The position numbers and the translations under genes are program-made. DNA of 62,233 bases, filler included, from Choristocarpus tenellus KU-1152 (taxonomy: Eukaryota > Protista > Phaeophyceae), in NCBI GenBank assembly GCA_964200185.2. It is 8 parts of 8 records of this genome, joined end to end, with 100 filler letters (N's around TTAATTAATTAA, not from the genome) between each part and the next. Parts side by side here need not be neighbours in the genome. Positions count along the whole stretch, not along the records: positions 1 to 30,038 come from CAXNAD020000093.1; 7 more parts are not named here. One strand, 5' to 3'. Positions 13,801 through 25,382 of the stretch are shown in pieces. The notes beneath the pieces are model-generated. The model searched no databases, was not told the origin of the DNA, and saw only the letters and a program-made list of their open reading frames with translations. The first letter of the stretch is position 1. Each line of letters opens with the position of its first letter.

Positions 13801-16800
13801 TTACTGCACTGTATCCTTGCACATCTGCTTCTGTAGACCTGCTCATGGCCCCCTAACAATCCCATGTTACACTCAGTCAGTGCCTCACACTGACTTTGCG
13901 CTCTTCTTTGGTATCGCTATTTTTGATGGGCTGTTGCAGTTTGTGCGCAATTTCTATGCCCCTCTCCTGAAGAACAAGATATTCAAGGCCTTGACGGTGG
14001 TGATTGCTCTGGTCTTAACTGCAGTGTTAACATGGTATGCATTCCCAAGTCCATGTCATCCCCTATTGCAATGCTGTGAGGGATGTCGTACAGCTTCATG
14101 GGGAGGAAGTTGTTGAAAACTTGAAACGAAAAGCCCGAATTACATGGAGATCTCGAGCACATCTAGCTGTGCCTTCCGACAGATACTTGGGAAAAACATA
14201 CGTACATTATTTTTCATTTGAGGACTGAGATTAGTTGGTTTGGTTTGTCCTCTTTCTCTTGTACGGGCGCACACTAAATCTATTTGATGCTTGCTTTGTG
14301 CTTTGTTAGTTAATTCTCCTCTTGCACCCTTTTCCCACAATGCCTCTTTAAACCCTGTTCTTGTTGACCAAACTGTAGAACCTTCTACTTTCCCACCTGT
14401 TCTCTTTCTCTTCCTTCATATCTCACAACCTGTTTCAGTATGTGTTTCCTCTGACTGTGTTCATTCTTTATTTTTCTCTGTATGCAGGTATGGACTTGAG
14501 GAGAACCAGCTTGGAGTAGATCTCAATACGCTGGCTGCAGAGGATTCACATGAGAAAAGCTTCCTAGAAATTTTCGAGGGGGAGTACACCGCCAGTGTAA
14601 GTGAAATGTGCCGATTTTCATATCCTTTAGAGCTCAGTCACTACAAGCAAAAACATATGTTGTCATGGAGGGTGTTAAGACCCCAATATTGTAGCCATTG
14701 GGAAATGCTTGACTTCATTCACGAGATTGGGAACTGTGTTACATGTTGGAAGCTCTTGAATGAATTGCCAAATGAATTGAAATAGTCTATTTTAGCATGG
14801 TACTCCATACTCTGGAGTAATTTGCAACTGTATGGGGAGTGTATGTGAAATTGAACCTTTACCAATGGGATGAGTGTTGAATAAATACCAAACGTGAAGA
14901 TAGAAGTGTAGCAGGAATTTTGTGTTGGTATTAACATTGCACTATGTGAAGATCTTTACTGGTAGCGTGTGATGATTTCTGACTTCTGACACATCATACA
15001 CTTTGTTCATAGATCCCCTTGATGTGGTGTGCGCATAAGCACTGGGCGAACCAAATCAGACTTATTTGTTTTTTTGCGTGGTGTCCAACACTATCTTTTT
15101 ATGCCTCTTTTTAGAGCACAACACAAGATCCAGGGTACTAACAGAGCAGAGTCACAACATTACGTTGGATGAAACTATGTGTAGATCGCTGAATGTGTGG
15201 AGTTTCATGCAGAACTGAATGAGGGGGGAGAGGGTTGGAGAAAGGGTGAAAATCTCACAGTGGATAATTTTTTTTCTTGAACAACTGGAGGGTACCTCAG
15301 AGCAAAGTCCTAGGAATATAGGTCACAAATCCATTGCAGCATGATACTGGTCTACTTTGAGGATAGCAGTTCATGAATTTCCATCCAGTCTCTATCACTT
15401 ATCTTAGGGACTCCATTACATTCTTACCATACTTGCCTACTTGACGCAAAATTTTGAATCAACACATATCGGCTGGCTATCCTATGCTGCCCATTTTTCA
15501 TTTCCACTCTCACTTGACCATTCATCAGAGGAGCTTTAGTTCAAGGCTGACCTCAAGGAAGTCGTGCCACTTGCCAATTGTAAACATACAAATGTTTACA
15601 AAACATCATTTTGATACCAGCTAACCCTATGTTTCCAATCCATCCCAGTCCGCCTCCCTGGTGACCAAAGACGTGGACCTTGCGACCTATCAACAGACAC
15701 TACTTGATGCTCAGGTAGCTGTACAGGTAAGGTCACATGACACTCCAGCTTGTATTTACTGTATTTTGGGATAATCACTTCAAGTCCACTCCATAGCCAA
15801 ATGCGGATGCAACTTCTCCGATCCTCTAGTGCCTACTCTTTAACAGAACATAATCTCCATACATTTCTTCTGCAGGAGGTATCATGGGTTTCTGATGTCT
15901 CCAGTGTAAAGGACAACTCCTGGCTTGCCGATTCCGCCACATCACTTCTTGGACCCACTGCAGAGGCAAGAATTACAGCTTGAATACAAACACTCCAACA
16001 CAACCTTCTTCGATACTTCTGAAATGCTCTTAAACAGTCTTTTTTCCCTAGGGGATACAGAACAAGCTTTGAGGGAGTCCTATGAAGTGTAGTGAGCCAG
16101 CGAGGGTTTGGTTGCAGTCTAGTGCTCTTGTTGCGCAATTGCAGTATGAACTGAAATTTTTATTTTGATCTTGCTGATGACCTGGTCCTAGAAGATTGGA
16201 CTTGCACCAACATACGACCACGGGGAAAGAGGAAGATGTAACGCTCATAATGGTTGCTGTATTGTTCTATCACTGCTGTGAAGAGAAGGTAGAAAGATAC
16301 CGTTTCCTACTCACACCTTTCCTCATCTTCTCTGTGACGGTATTTCGAACCAAATGGAGATGCTGCTTGACTTGACAAAACATTTTGACCCCTTTCACAG
16401 CCACTTCCCAGCAACTTGTTCAACTCCTCGTTTGAGACCTGGATACAGCAACAGGGTATTACCAGTGCGCAGAACTTCTACTGTGAAGATGGGTGAGATA
16501 TGGGGTGAGGGATTTAGATCCTGGGATGGGTGGGCGAGTGGTGGTGTCATGGGTGTCTAGTTTATGTCTGTGCTTCTGTAGGGGAAGGAACTTGAAGATT
16601 GTTGAGAGCACAGTCATTTCCGGCCACCCCATACAAGCAGTGGTTATCTTCGCCGTGTGGATCGCGGTAGAGAGGGAGGTAGGTGGTATCAAGTGATGCG
16701 GGTAAGTTGGGTGTGTGTTTGAATTTGGATTGGCGCCCAGTTTTGGTAAGTGATGGCTTGGGCAGGTATGTAGTCTGGCAATATTAAGGTTTCATCTTTT

Positions 16801-19800
16801 TCTGATCTGACTGCTTATACTGAGATGGACTTTAGTGCTGATAATCATCATGTGTCCCTTCTTTAGAAAAAAGTATCAATAAAAGCGAAATTCCTTTCCT
16901 TCTGACCTACACTCCAATCAACTGTTCCTTCTGCAACCGCATGACTTGGACATTTTTTTTCCATTGTGGCATGGACATTTGTGCAACGTTGTGTAGCACT
17001 GATGGATCTCGAGTGGACTGTACAGAGTATAATGCTGCCACAACTGTGATCAAGGCCAGCCTCCAGACTGTTTTCCTTAAGGATCAGGTGCTGATGTCTC
17101 TCAATCGATTGGTTATGCTGCCCTTGAATGCCCAATACCTCCCATCAGTTGTTCATTCCTACGGTACCTCTGCTCTAGTTGCAGATTGGACCATGATGAA
17201 CAAGCAGAGTCCTATGAACTCCCTTACAGTGATGCTTGATAAAGTGAAACAAGATAGCTGTTGGAAACACCTAATTGAACAGAAAAGGTTGATAGAAAAG
17301 GATTTCCTAGAACCCAGTGAGAACCCGATAATCGATGAGCACTTTGAGTGTATGAGACCAATCTGAACATTTTCTTGATTTAGAGATAGGGCAGAAGTCT
17401 CGATTTATACACCTTGAAATTGCTCCATATATATATATAGGTGATCGTTAAGTTGGGGAACTGTGATTCCATGTTCTCGGAAGTGCCCTGGAGTTCTACA
17501 TAAAATGTGACAAGTTTTTTTTGCAGTATATTAAACATTATATACTTTGGAGTACGTCATACATGATTTTTGTAGTTCTTACCGAAATGTCACTATTTAT
17601 ACCTTTGTTCCTACATTCCCCCTAAAAAATGATTCTTCTCCTTTGTACAAAGTATAGTATTGTATGGAGATTGCCCTGAACAACCACTTGGTTGACCAGT
17701 TAGGGCTTCTTAGATCAACAAGTGCTGAGCTCTAGTGTAATTCTTGTTTATTCAAATCAAACCATGATATTCTAGTGTTCTCGTTGATGAGCTGATGTAC
17801 TACCATCGGGGGAAAGAGCAAAAGAGCAACGAACACTGTATATTGTGTAGGTCACAAAGCCCCTAGCTCATACCCCTCTGGGGTATCATGAACACCCGTA
17901 GCAAGGCAGGAAGTAGGTCATTTGTTCCAGATTACTTCTTGCCTCCTCTTACACTTCAATAGGTCCAACAGTTGTTGCCCTCTGACCCATCTCCCCTCTC
18001 AGTTCATCCATGAATTAGTATCAGGTGTTATTATCCAAGTGTTGGATGCCTTTTCTCTTATTTATTATCCAAGTTGTCACGCATCATATCACTCACAACA
18101 TCATGCATCTGCACCACAATTTTGTGGATTATGAGCATATGCCATTTTTTTTAATATCAAGCCTCATGAAACATGAAGTGTAGAAATTGGGTGTGACTAC
18201 CCATCTCTCACTGATAAGGTAACACAACCCACGTTCGGATGATGATGAATCTGGGACAGCTCTTGATTCGTGCGACCATAGGCAAAGCATGTTCAATCAA
18301 CTCTGAGTATTATGTGACCTGCCATGTAAGTAGATGATGATTGATCTTCAGACGGAAAATCAGATTTTAGTGATCCTACATGTACAAGTAATGGATATCA
18401 TGGGTGCAGGGAAGCACTAGCAAGGTTATGCATTGCCCAAACATCAAGATTCAAGTGTGTTCCATCCACCACACACTTTTGTCCACTTCACTATTTATGT
18501 AGGTGTCCAGAGAGAATCAGGCAGATACTGTTAGGGATCTGAGGGATGCCCTAGATGGCGTGGACCCCAGCAGGGAAACATACGCATATGGTGAAAGGTA
18601 GGAACTGTTTGTGTGTGAGAGTACCCCAGTAGTTATATATTTATGTGCTGCAATAAATTCGGAAATATATATTTTTTCGTTATCGTAGGAAGTTTCTAGT
18701 TGCACTCCACAAATACTATTTCTTTGCCAAGCAAGATACAATTGAATGAAAGTATCTCAGAGGGTACGAGTTTTACCCTGTTTGTCCATTTGGGGCTTGG
18801 CTTCCCTCGAGGTGTTTGTGATATTTTACCTACTCCAAAATAGTTCGGAGTTGGTAAAATGTATACATTATGAAAAGGTGTGTCCAGAACAAGGATATTG
18901 ACACTTCCTAACAAACAAGATTGTCAAAATTACATCGAAATCGCAACATTGGATTTTGGCCCCCAAATGGACGCGGCTCTACCCTCCAAGATATTTTGGC
19001 TCATTGAGGTTCTTCCTTTGTTTTGAAGTGTAGGCATGCACAGGACAGGTGCACAGTAGTAAGATGGCACTTCCTATATTGCATGGTGATGCACAATACA
19101 GTGTACATGGGACATGGCTAGGCATTCATCCATGTTGTTGCATCACCCTTTTGCTAGCAATGCACGTAAAATTTCAGCTAGATAGAGTTTGTTACTGCAT
19201 TTGTTGAGGTGGATTGACCTATTGTATATTTTGATGTAGAGTAGAAGAGACTCGTTGTACGATATCACTAGAGGGGGTAGCAACCTTGCAGTGGATATGC
19301 AACTCATGGGTATTTGTTTTCTCATCATTCAGTGCGCCCAGTACTCCCTCGTTCTTTGCACAAGTCCATCATGTGTGGGATAGGTCAGGACACTGAGGTA
19401 TTGGACCACAAAGTCACTTTTCAACCCTTTTGTGAAGTATGTAGAAATGGCGAAAATCAAGAATTTTAAGTACGGGGTAATTTTGTTACATTTTCAAGGA
19501 AACCTTAATTCCCGTTAAGCCACAAATTTTTCTTCATAGTCCGCATATGACACTAAAGAATCTTGCCAGATGTTCCGTATGATGTTGATCATTACTAGTT
19601 CCAACAAAACCAATCCAATGATGTACAGGGAATGCCTTTCTGGGATTTCGTGTCTAGTGTATAGGTGCTCACTTCTCAACCTTCCAGGCAAGCTGCTTGT
19701 CAAATATTAATCTAGACTACTCCCCTCCTCCACTAGATTCCATATTTATGCATGTTGATTGCACTAATGGATGCATTGACATTTGTGTCACTTGCCCTGT

Positions 19801-22800
19801 TCTGCATGCCCTAGCTTCACATTGTACTCCCAGTATCTATACACATGGCAAAACTTGGGCTGGGTGATTGGGGGTGGTGCTGCTTGTGTTCTGGTCGTGG
19901 TTACATTGCTCGAGGGGAGTCTACTGCTCTCCCTGCTCATCTGCTTGTCGATTGTCATGGCAGTGCTCCAGGTTTGTACAAATTTAGGATGTACTGTTGT
20001 AACAAGTTTTAGATTGACGAACTAAGTGTGACAGCTGAACTTACCTCAATATGAAGTGAAAATCCATGCAGACTTGAAGAATGGGTGGGCTTGATTGATA
20101 GTTCCAGGATGCTAACATGTAAGGCTTTCATTCCCTAAAATGAATATGGCAAAAGGTAGATACTTGGTTCCCACTTTGAAATGACAATGGTTTCTTGTTG
20201 TGTGCCTTTCTTCCCTCTACTGCTCCAACGTCAGGTGTTTGGTGTGCTTGTGCTGATAGATGTGCGTATTAATGGTTTCAGCATTGTCAACCTCTGCGTC
20301 ATGGTGAGAAGATAGAAGGGAGGAAGAGAACAGACAAGGGGAGAAATAGATACCGTTTAAAAACTGTTAACATGTGAAAGACTGTAACCGTAACAAACTT
20401 GTTAACCACAACAAGCCACGCAAGCCTTTCTTTGCTTGGCAAAGAGTTGGTTGAATGGCTGTTTTCCATAACTAATGTGTAAGTTCTAGCAGGGAAGGAG
20501 TGTGTGAATTTTAATACTTTTTTATTATTATTTTTTGGCAAAAAGATACTGACCTTGAGCTGCACCTTGTTGAATCCAAGTCAGCACGATAGGCAAGTGC
20601 CATGACTTGAAGGCAAGTATAGTACAGAGGTGGAATGGTCAGTATAAATTGGTTGTTTCCTTCACTCCTCTTGTCCATGTTTGAGATATGCAGGCGAGAT
20701 AGGTCATCATCCTTAAGGTATTCAATCTATTCAATCGACCGAAATGAGGGGAGGGGGTAGGACACAACATTGGATCGAACTGGAAGACGTTCACACCTTA
20801 ATGATTAATGCTAGCACAGACAAGAGTCTCATTTTTGCTTCCTCGAAGTAGCTCAGCTATGGCAGCCTACCTTTTGCACTTGCAAGAGTCTCTCTCTTCT
20901 ATATCTATCTGATGGACATTTCGTATGTAGTTTTTGTAAGATTTGCAGCTGTCCTCCTCTGGGACCCAAACTTAACACGAGCACACTATAGTTTCCATAG
21001 GAGAGAACACAGCTTTTCTGTCTTGAATCAGGTCAGGTATGACAGCCGACCTCTCTCCCATTTTAGGTTTGTATCTATCTCTTTACAGTGTCTTCACAAT
21101 GTCAGAGAAATTCCCTTTAGTGGGTGTAAGTCTAAGCAAGAAGTAGGTCTGCCTTCGTTTTCCCATCTCATAATGCCAAGACAAGTGTTGTTTTTTCAAA
21201 GTTATTTAACCATGTATGTTGCCTGCTAATATTTGAAAAACAAAGGTAGAAATGGGTAGCCCGCCACTGTTTATATCGATATTTTGTTCTATTGATGGCG
21301 TGGTATGATGAGAAAGAAACTGTTGACAGTGTACATGCCATTACTTGCACTGTTTGTTATAGATGCATTACATCATATGCATTATGCCATATAGCTCCAG
21401 CGACTGCCCCTTTCCAAGTTGGCGGAAGGCAGGAGATTTCCGAAATGTTTAGCAGCCTGCCTGAGAAAGGACAGAAAGGGCCCAATATAATAACCTTGTA
21501 GCCCACATACATGTGGGTTCTTCGTCATTACGGAATCACAAAATCTGAGACTTGACCTCAAACTTGTGTTGTCTTCATTATTGTCGTGTCTTATCCGCAT
21601 GTCTTGGCCATTAAGTGTATTGTTGAAAGTTGACCTGTAAGTACCAATGTCAGGATAATTTTTGCACAAAATGTCAAAGTCATTGCCGAACCATTCCTTA
21701 GAGGTAGTATTGAAGAACTGTGTGTTTATTGAATGCCGTTACAGAGTGAGGAATTGAGTAGGAGGTTGCTTGAAGATTGAGTGATTTGAACGCGCTGCTT
21801 TTATAGTACCCTCTGTGGGGTTTTTCCCCCTCTGTGATCAGTGTGGATTGCTCGCATGCGTGATTTCTCCATGCTCAAGTGCACTTATTCCCTACTGTTG
21901 TGTTTTGTTTCCATAGATATGTACGTGTTATTTTTTACCTCATTTTGATAAGTCATTTTACCTTGTTTTCAATTGGCGCAAGAGTTCTCTTTACTCACGT
22001 CTCTTCATCCCACACAAACCTGAATGGTCGCACCCCTCTCCTCCATCAGATCGGCATGGTAGTGGAGTTCACTGCCCACATTGGCAGAGGTTTCCTGTTT
22101 GCCTCTGGGACCAAAGATGAAAGGATGGAGAAGGCCTTAACAGAGCTTGCGTGGCCTACATTTGCTGGTGCTTGCACCACTTTCCTTGCAGTGCTTCCTC
22201 TGACGTTCTCCAAGATCACATTGTGAGTGCTGCACCTCCATGATCGCAGCTGAATTTGTGTTTTTATTGTCAGGACTGTGCGTGTTTTGCAATTGCATGG
22301 AATTGTGTCTCAATTGTTTGGGTGTTGCATGCGAGCAAAGAAGTTTGTGGTTTTGGTATAATACAACATACACGCAAGACTCAAATGTTGTTTTGGAGCT
22401 GTTGTGTGTAATTTCTGCTTATCATCCCAAGGCTGTGATGCCTGTCTCCAACTGGAAGTGAACAAGTTCATCAACTCGACCTTCTAGATCATGAAATCCG
22501 GGTACTCAAGGTGGACTTCTCATACATACTAGTTGTGATTATTTTGTTCTCTACTACGGAGCATTTTCAATTTGGTCTCCACTATAGATACTGGATTAGC
22601 ATGGGCAAGATGTCCAGACTGTGTGTGCCTTCATGTCTGACCTGAAAGGAAATCCTGGCAGGGAGAAAGTGTAGTGAAATAGTGTAGTGAAGTGCACAGC
22701 AAGCACCGCTTCGAACTTGGAATGCATGTTACAAACCTTGTGACCTGTACCAAATGTACGCATTGTGGAACATCAACTGGAGCTGATTTGCTGTGCTGTC

Positions 22801-25382
22801 ACAATCATGATTGTGCTTCCCCAGCGTAATGTATCCCACATTCCGTTGCCTTGTTCATGGATGACCTCTCTTTTTGCATAATGATATCCTATTTTCCATG
22901 CCATTCCCATATCATTACATGGAAAAATATTGGATGGCACCACTTGAACACAATCTACCCTGCATCTTGGACGTGCCCAGCTTCCATAACTATTACTTTC
23001 AGGTGAGTAGGTGTGGCAGCTATTGTAGCCAACCGAATTTGCTTGGGATGGACATTTGGACCAGCTCCTTGTTCAGTTGCAATATGTGGCAGCACAGAGG
23101 AAGATGGCCATGTTTCTAGGGCATAATCCGTAAAGAATTTCATCTTACCTTAGGATAGGCATCTGACCTCCCCGCCTTCCAAGCTCTCTACTGCAGAACA
23201 GTGACACAATGCATCGTGATTGATTGCACCACAAATATGTGCTACTATTGAATGTGATGTATATCTGAACCTAAGTGTTTTTGTATTGTCCTGGGAGTCA
23301 CCACAACATACTTTGAGTTTGTAATATATTTCATGTCCTGAAACGTTTTGCACATGCTTTGCACTCAAGCCCTATGCATATTTTGGGTAGTATCAACAAC
23401 AGAGCTCACTAACCACGCTGTTTAATGGTCAGGGCAAAAGTATCCCCTTCCTCAATATTAATTTTGTCAACGAGTCAAAAATATCTTAGAGAGTAGAGCT
23501 GCATCCATTTGGGGACAAAATCCAATGTTGTGATGTTGATGTAATTTTGGCTATCATGTTTGTTAGGAGATTTCAACATCCTTGTTCTGGACACTCCTTT
23601 TCATAACGTATACATTTTACCTACTCCAAAATGTTTTGGAGTAGGTAAGACATCTCTAAAAACCCGTGGAAAGGTGAGTCCCAAATGGACAAACAGGGCA
23701 AAATTCGCACCCCCTAAGATACTTTAACTCAAATGTAGTAGTTTTTTGGGTCGAGTTTCCTGTAACTGTGTGCTTTGCTGATATTTCTGACTTTAAATGC
23801 AGAGGGGTGAAAAGGTTCTAGGAAAGGTCATTTCTCAGCTTCTTGCATTGAGAAGTATTGAGAGTCTGGGTACCTATACAGAAATTTCTATCCTTACTAA
23901 TCCACAAAAACTCCGCCCTTCCTCCACACAATTGTCATATACACCTTATGATTCTATGCAGTACAAGATAAACGATCTTTGTAGTGTCATGATGGAAATG
24001 CTGATTCTGAACATATTCCTCTCCCCCCAGACCTTTGCAGTCATGACCGCGTTTGGCTTCTTCACAGGCGTCTGTTTTCTGCCTGTACTACTGTCTGTCG
24101 TTGGCCCCAAGAGTCAGCACCTGCGAAAGGTATCATTGACCTGTCCTCCAGTCCATCCGATTCCCCTCCCTTCCTCTGCAATCAACCCCTAATCATCCTG
24201 GCGTCATGTGTAATCAAGTGCTCCAAGACGTATTTGTACGCTCGTGTTAGGAATGTTACGAGTGGCAAGATGCAAAGACGTGCCGCATTATGATAGTATT
24301 TTTTATACTCATGGTGCCATCTTATTTTTTTGTTCTGGATTTTCAAAATTATACACTGGAATGCATTGGTGGTGTGAGTAAAAGTATCTTAGAGGGTACG
24401 AATTTTGCCCTGTTTCTCCATTTGGGGCTTGGATTCCCTTGGGGGTTTTATGACATTTTCCTACTCCAAAATATTTCAGAGTAGGTAAAATGTATATGTT
24501 ACGAATAGGTGTGTCAGGAACGAGGATATTGACACTTCCTAACATGATGGCCAAAATAACATAGAAATCGCAACATTGGATTTTGGTCCCCAAATGGACG
24601 CGACTCTACCCTCTAAGATACTTTGGCTCTGTGTTGTCTTCTAGTGTGCTTTAAAGGGTTGTGTAGTAGAGAACAAGCGCGTACATCTTGGTAGTCTTGG
24701 TCATACTTCATGTCCACGCATCAGTGTTATTTAGGTCATGGTGTGGTGCAGTATATTTTTTAGTATTTGCCATAAACCTTCTACTTTGATCAGAGGTCTA
24801 TATGATGCAGTGCTGAATATATTTTCTAGAGGTGTAATAGTTTCCCAGGGTATGCAATCCCAACCACTGTGTAGTTCGTGTACTGTACACCAAGCATTTG
24901 TATCTATCTCCTGGGTACAAGATTTCGTTGTCCTGATTTTTATTCACTGATATGTAATTTTATATTTTGTCAGTTTAGTGTAAGGAGTGCAAGCATGCCC
25001 CCTACTTCAAGGCATCATGAGAATATGTACTGCATCACAACACTCCACTAGAGCATCTTCTCTTACTCCCCACTTTCAGCATACTAACGTTAATGGTCCA
25101 TCGTCATGTGGAGTGCATCATAGCCCGATTTCGATGTCCTGCTCAACATTACATGAATTGGGCCTTGTATAGTGTGTACCGATACTCCAAGTGAATGCAA
25201 ACACATGTCCTCACTAACCCACTTTACCCCACCTCTTGCCCATCCTCCCCCACCCTCCACTTGCACCTTCTCGAAAGTATCTGGACTCAAGTAAAGCACA
25301 TGATGAGGTCGTGATCCTCAACAACCCATTGCATAAAGAAGTCTTCAGTGAGAGTAGCAGTGGTGCGGCATCTGTCATTTAA
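1880..25382 (+). CDS. Patched-type RND/sterol-sensing-domain multipass membrane protein (5'-incomplete, 26 exons, 909 aa visible)
   Basis: Manually spliced exons, AG..GT except one GC donor, all phases consistent (2731 nt = 1 + 910 codons including stop): 1880-2040, 3258-3320, 4130-4188, 5217-5296, 6344-6456, 7115-7224, 8812-8918, 9319-9469, 9874-10083, 11306-11374, 12445-12567, 12720-12814, 13064-13178, 13940-14034, 14488-14596, 15649-15726, 15876-15965 (GC donor), 16401-16492, 16997-17087, 18503-18597, 19815-19971, 20235-20303, 22050-22222, 22981-23002, 24031-24129, 25278-25382 (TAA). Motifs matching animal Patched: FPCSRASPLDCFQEG (cf. PC...TPLDCFWEG), PFLSLGIGIDDM (TM4 GxxxDD), GPSVVLTSLAN, FVRNFYAPLL, GMVVEFTAH (TM10 GxxxE), FFHNYYF, LPVLLSVVGP. 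The N-terminus and TM1 were not found in the window. Confidence 0.93.
5886..6133. mobile_element. Degenerate MITE with related TIR core, intronic
   Basis: Inverted cores TATCTTAGAGGG (5895) and CCCTCTAAGATA (ending 6126) about 230 bp apart; outer termini decayed. Confidence 0.45.
18744..19002 (+). mobile_element. MITE family A copy 1 (PIF/Harbinger-like), intronic
   Basis: 259 bp. Termini GAATGAAAGTATCTCAGAGGGTA ... TACCCTCCAAGATATTTTGGCTC, ATT duplicated on both sides, homologous along its length to 23472-23730, 24376-24629 and 43146-43406. Confidence 0.88.
23472..23730 (-). mobile_element. MITE family A copy 2, intronic, inverted relative to copies 1 and 3
   Basis: Reverse complement of copy 3. 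Termini GAGTCAAAAATATCTTAGAG ... CCCTAAGATACTTTAACTC, flanks AAC/AAA, central palindrome TTACCTACTCCAAAA-TG-TTTTGGAGTAGGTAA. Confidence 0.88.
24376..24629 (+). mobile_element. MITE family A copy 3, intronic
   Basis: TIRs GAGTAAAAGTATCTTAGAGGGTA / TACCCTCTAAGATACTTTGGCTC, TGT duplicated on both sides, subterminal inverted TCCATTTGGGG / CCCCAAATGGA. Confidence 0.9.
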
